Shown: one piece after another, positions 16,953 through 20,000 of the stretch
How the letters are laid out: each line of letters starts with the position of its first letter
Numbering within the stretch: position 1 is the stretch's first letter
Assembly (NCBI GenBank): GCA_041862235.1
Contig: JBGVSY010000006.1
Span: 21,597 to 41,596, forward strand
Source of the DNA: Nitrososphaeria archaeon
GTDB taxonomy: Archaea > Thermoproteota > Nitrososphaeria_A > Caldarchaeales > JAVZCJ01
Direction: 5' to 3'
DNA: 20,000 nt
Program-made: the position numbers and the translations under genes
The notes under the pieces: generated by a model
Databases searched by the model: none
What the model was told of the DNA's origin: nothing
What the model saw: only the letters and a program-made list of their open reading frames with translations

Positions 16953-17065
16953 TCCCACCCCACCCATAATCCATCGGTCTAGAAACAGGATCACCTCAGC
17001 GGAAAACTTCTCATGGGATCTATCAATCGAAGTTGGAGTCGCGATCGATCTAGTGCATCCATAGG

Positions 17066-17072
17066 TTTTTAT
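17066..17072 (+). promoter_or_regulatory. TATA-like box (TTTTTAT) upstream of the EamA gene
   Basis: CATAGGTTTTTATCCC, about 35-40 nt before the inferred GTG start at 17106, with CGATCGATC just upstream. Confidence 0.45.
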
Positions 17073-17105
17073 CCCTCATTTTTTTGCTTCTCGAGCGGAC
17101 CCGTC

Positions 17106-18011
17106 GTGTCGATCTCCTCACACCAAAGCAACCTTGTATCCTGGTTACGGGTCGTTCTCCTAAGCCTAGTCTGGGGATTGGCCTTCACAGCTATCAAGCT
17201 AGGGCTAAGTGACATGTCGTGGCTAACGCTCACATTGCTTCGATTTCTAGTGGCTTGCTGCAGCTTCGGCCTCTACTTCGCCTTCGCTCGACGCTCGTTT
17301 CCGTCTATCGCGTTTAGAGATTTGCCAGGCGTGGCTGCTCTCGGTTTCACCGGGTTTACTGGGTATCATGTCTTCCTCAACTTCGGAGAACGATTCACAA
17401 CAGCTGGCACAGCATCTCTGGTAATAGCCATCACCCCTGCCTTGATCGTTCTTCTGGCAGCCAGGTTTCTCAGAGAAAGGTTGACATCAACAAGGATCAG
17501 TGGAATCGCCCTGGCTTTTCTAGGACTCGCCGTGATGCTTCTCTTGAGAGAACATGGAAGAGGAGAATGGTCGGTGTCGCTGTCGATTGGTGGCGCACTG
17601 GTCGCTCCATCTGCTCTGCTGTCCGCAATGTACTCTGTGATTGGAAAGCCCTACCTACGGAGATATCCACCTCTTGTAGTTGTCTTCTATGCTCTCCTGT
17701 TCGGAACGCTTTTCACGTTTCCCCTAGTCCTTGCCGACGTATCTCAAATAGTATCTGAGACCTTGACTCTTTCACCTGTCGGCTGGTTTACGGTTTTCTT
17801 CCTAGGTGTCTTCTCAACTTTTGCGGGATACGGCCTCTGGTATCAGATCCTAAAAGCGACGGAGGCTTCTGCGGCCGGTGCCTATCTATACCTCGCGACG
17901 CTGGTTGCCATAGTAAGCGGTGTCGTCCTCTTGCAAGAGAGCCTAACGTCCCCTCTCCTAGTAGGCGGGTTGATGGTCATGTTAGGTGTTTACCTCGCTC
18001 AACGTCACTAA
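17106..18011 (+). CDS. EamA/DMT-superfamily multi-pass transporter
   Basis: About ten hydrophobic segments in two repeats, with LVWGLAFTAIKLGL..., TAGTASLVIAITPALIVLLAARFLRERLTSTRISGIALAFLGL and VFSTFAGYGLWYQILKATEASAAGAYLYLATLVAIVSGVVLLQESLT. The ORF opens at 17013, but that start lies upstream of the TATA-like box. Confidence 0.85.
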   Translation: MSISSHQSNLVSWLRVVLLSLVWGLAFTAIKLGLSDMSWLTLTLLRFLVACCSFGLYFAFARRSFPSIAFRDLPGVAALGFTGFTGYHVFLNFGERFTTAGTASLVIAITPALIVLLAARFLRERLTSTRISGIALAFLGLAVMLLLREHGRGEWSVSLSIGGALVAPSALLSAMYSVIGKPYLRRYPPLVVVFYALLFGTLFTFPLVLADVSQIVSETLTLSPVGWFTVFFLGVFSTFAGYGLWYQILKATEASAAGAYLYLATLVAIVSGVVLLQESLTSPLLVGGLMVMLGVYLAQRH

Positions 18012-18130
18012 CCTAGAATGCATTACTATTCGATCGTCCGGCTCCAAGATCGATCGACCACATGACATAAATGAAAGGCGATCGACCCCATTTGATTAAG
18101 TCGAGCCTCAGGTTTGCCCGGTCGAACCAG

Positions 18131-19507
18131 TCACTTGACGAGCCTGTAATATCTGTAGCCGAAGTCCGTTTCGGTTTCCCCGAGTCTATCCAGAGCGAAC
18201 TCGTTTCGAGGGGCTTCAATTCCTTGGTGAGGGTCCAATCTTCCCTCATGGAGATCCTCGTATTCAGCGAGGGATATCTTACTTCGCCGGCTCAGGTCCT
18301 GCATCAAACTGAAACTGTCAACAATCTGCCGGTAGTCCGGCTGGACGATAAAGCTACAGACTATGGCGCTGCTGCCGCTGCCGTATGATCCTACAGCAAA
18401 CCTCTTCCCGGCTAGGTCGTTTGCCTTTGCTTCAAACGAGCTCTCTACGCACATCCACAGTGACGCTGTGTAAGAGTTCCCTATGAGTTTCAGCGCCTCT
18501 AGGGAGTCTTTCACTTTCTTCTCGAACTCTGCTGTGAACTCAGGTGTCTTCGTAAACTTCTTCCTGAACTGTTTGTAAGGTTCACTGATATAGAACTCGA
18601 TGTCGCTCATGCCTGTTCTATCGGGTTCAGGCCCAGTCTGCTCAATTATCCTTGTCCATCTTGGTAGGCCCCTCCAATCGTGTATCAGGAAGGACGCAAA
18701 CGCCATCTCCACCATTTTCGGGAACGGGGAATGAAAGGCTATGCGGTCAACGTGGTCTATCATTCCTTCCCCGGCGGATAGCGATACTAGCCCAGAGCTC
18801 AGCATATTCTTTCTGAACGCATCGGCGGCAATCCGCATGTCCCTGAGATAGCAGCCGACCGAGTAGTGGCCATTGACCACGGCGGTTGTCCGCCCCACAG
18901 GCCTGAAGAAGTCTTGGTCATCCCTCGTACCGAAGCCACGGGAGTCTGGTTCATACACCATTAAACGCGGGTCTTCCTTCAGAAGCAGGGCGACCGCGGC
19001 AGCTCCCTGTGTAGGCTCACCCGATGATAGAAGATCATATTTCGCAATGTCGGTGGCGACCACGATGGCATGCTTGCCCCTGTTCCAGCCTGAGTTGATG
19101 AACGCTAGCCGATCAATCATGGCATACGTCGCGCCGACGCATGCGAACTTAGTCTCCGGAGCCCCAATGTGCTCAAAACTGCCATTGCCATATATTTGTT
19201 CCAACATACCTTGTACGTAGCATGAGATGGGTTTCGCTTCATCTAGGCCTGTCTCCGTTGCAACATGAATGAACCCGACATCCTTAGGCTCCAAGTCATT
19301 CTTTTGCATGAGCTTCAGCGCGGCCATAGCAGCCATCGTGGCAGCATCCTCATGGGCATCCGGAATAGACATCTTTTCTATGCCTATTCCTTTTGTGATC
19401 TTCTCGGGCGGGATGCCCCGTTCTTTTGCAAAATCAGTTGCATCGAGATAGAGCCTTGGAACATATGTTGCGATGTCGTCGATTCCCACTGTCCTAGCTA
19501 CCATCAT
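18131..19507 (-). CDS. Hydroxymethylglutaryl-CoA synthase, resembling the bacterial/eukaryotic-type subfamily
   Basis: ETKFACVGATYAMIDRLAFI (catalytic Cys region), ATDIAKYDLLSSGEPTQGAAAVALLL, DHVDRIAFHSPFPKM (catalytic His region) and IGNSYTASLWMCVESSFE...RFAVGSYGSGSSA. The ATG is preceded by a GATAAAAG/CTTTTATC TATA-like element at 19543-19550. Confidence 0.88.
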   Translation of the reverse strand: MMVARTVGIDDIATYVPRLYLDATDFAKERGIPPEKITKGIGIEKMSIPDAHEDAATMAAMAALKLMQKNDLEPKDVGFIHVATETGLDEAKPISCYVQGMLEQIYGNGSFEHIGAPETKFACVGATYAMIDRLAFINSGWNRGKHAIVVATDIAKYDLLSSGEPTQGAAAVALLLKEDPRLMVYEPDSRGFGTRDDQDFFRPVGRTTAVVNGHYSVGCYLRDMRIAADAFRKNMLSSGLVSLSAGEGMIDHVDRIAFHSPFPKMVEMAFASFLIHDWRGLPRWTRIIEQTGPEPDRTGMSDIEFYISEPYKQFRKKFTKTPEFTAEFEKKVKDSLEALKLIGNSYTASLWMCVESSFEAKANDLAGKRFAVGSYGSGSSAIVCSFIVQPDYRQIVDSFSLMQDLSRRSKISLAEYEDLHEGRLDPHQGIEAPRNEFALDRLGETETDFGYRYYRLVK

Positions 19508-20000
19508 CCCCCACTCGATGCTCGAGATGGGTGCAAAAGAGGGATAAAAGTTCTGCTATCAAACGTCTCCTAATTGGGTTGAAAACGCTTGTAGAAGACT
19601 ATCGCGAACGAGTAGATGAAGTTGAGCCAGCAGTCGAGAATGAATTCCGCTGACCCACGTTGCGTTTGTGGCCAGCCGTCCTCGATTCGTCGATCCTGTG
19701 TCGAGAAGCCTTGATTTCCATGCGGCGTGCAGTGTCGTGGGTAATACCAGTTGATCAACTTGAACGTTAATCTGACGGAATTGGTTTACATCTTAGGTCT
19801 GGGAATGAATATTCGAAGCCAACCGGCGAAGGTTAACGGAAGTCTTGTGTATCTCCGAGATCTTTGATATGATATAGCGGGAATTCAACGTCAGTCAAAA
19901 TGGAAGATACTATCTGGGCGTTATACTAGCTGTCCTTCATCAGATCAATCGAATACATGTTGGTTGGACACGAAAACTATGTATACCAGAATGACGAGGG

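Larger units (their letters stand above)
16841..16966 (+). tRNA. tRNA-Pro(UGG) with two introns (37/38 and about 59/60)
   Basis: Acceptor GGGTGGG/CCCACCC (perfect 7 bp) plus discriminator A. The D-arm GTCTAGCTTGGTCTATGAT is tRNA-Pro-like. The anticodon stem is CCCGG/CCGGG with loop C-T-TGG-G...C. T-stem GTGGG/CCCAC forms only after removing the T-loop insertion. Spliced length is 76 nt with no encoded CCA. Confidence 0.93.

Noticed and set aside
16741-17064. 107-aa track ORF (and the 98-aa ORF at 16444..16740)
   Set aside because: The 107-aa ORF covers the tRNA-Pro gene and its introns. The 98-aa frame is low complexity and lacks recognisable motifs.
1-20000. CRISPR array, transposon, prophage or defence/toxin system
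   Set aside because: No regularly spaced repeats, transposase, integrase or Cas-like ORFs were seen; the gene content is housekeeping.

Overview
This is an archaeal housekeeping window, judging by archaeal DnaG, PelA, PheST, DUF1512, TATA-type promoters and BHB introns. Protein genes supported by the sequence: a TtuA/Ncs6-like PP-loop tRNA thiolase, a site-2 protease, a nucleotidyltransferase, pelA, dnaG, a small Toprim protein, tyrS, pheT, pheS, map, a 53-aa Zn-ribbon protein, a DUF1512-like protein, cutA, an Hsp20, an EamA transporter and an HMG-CoA synthase. The ORF track does not show three RNA genes that I can read directly: an SRP (7S) RNA (about 88-424, minus), a stand-alone 5S rRNA (14929-15047, minus) and a tRNA-Pro(UGG) at 16841-16966 (plus). 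The tRNA has two introns, at 37/38 and in the T-loop at about 59/60. The most striking observation is that dnaG (minus strand) is interrupted by an in-frame 33-nt insert containing a TAA stop (6510-6542). The insert folds into a bulge-helix-bulge-like structure, and its exact removal restores the conserved DnaG motif ...VVGALFGQ|TEG...[17 protein letters not shown] read this as a probable archaeal mRNA intron in the primase gene. A palindromic CGATCGATCG-type motif also recurs in many intergenic regions, and I did not see it in coding sequence by eye. Two long intergenic gaps may hold further structured RNAs.
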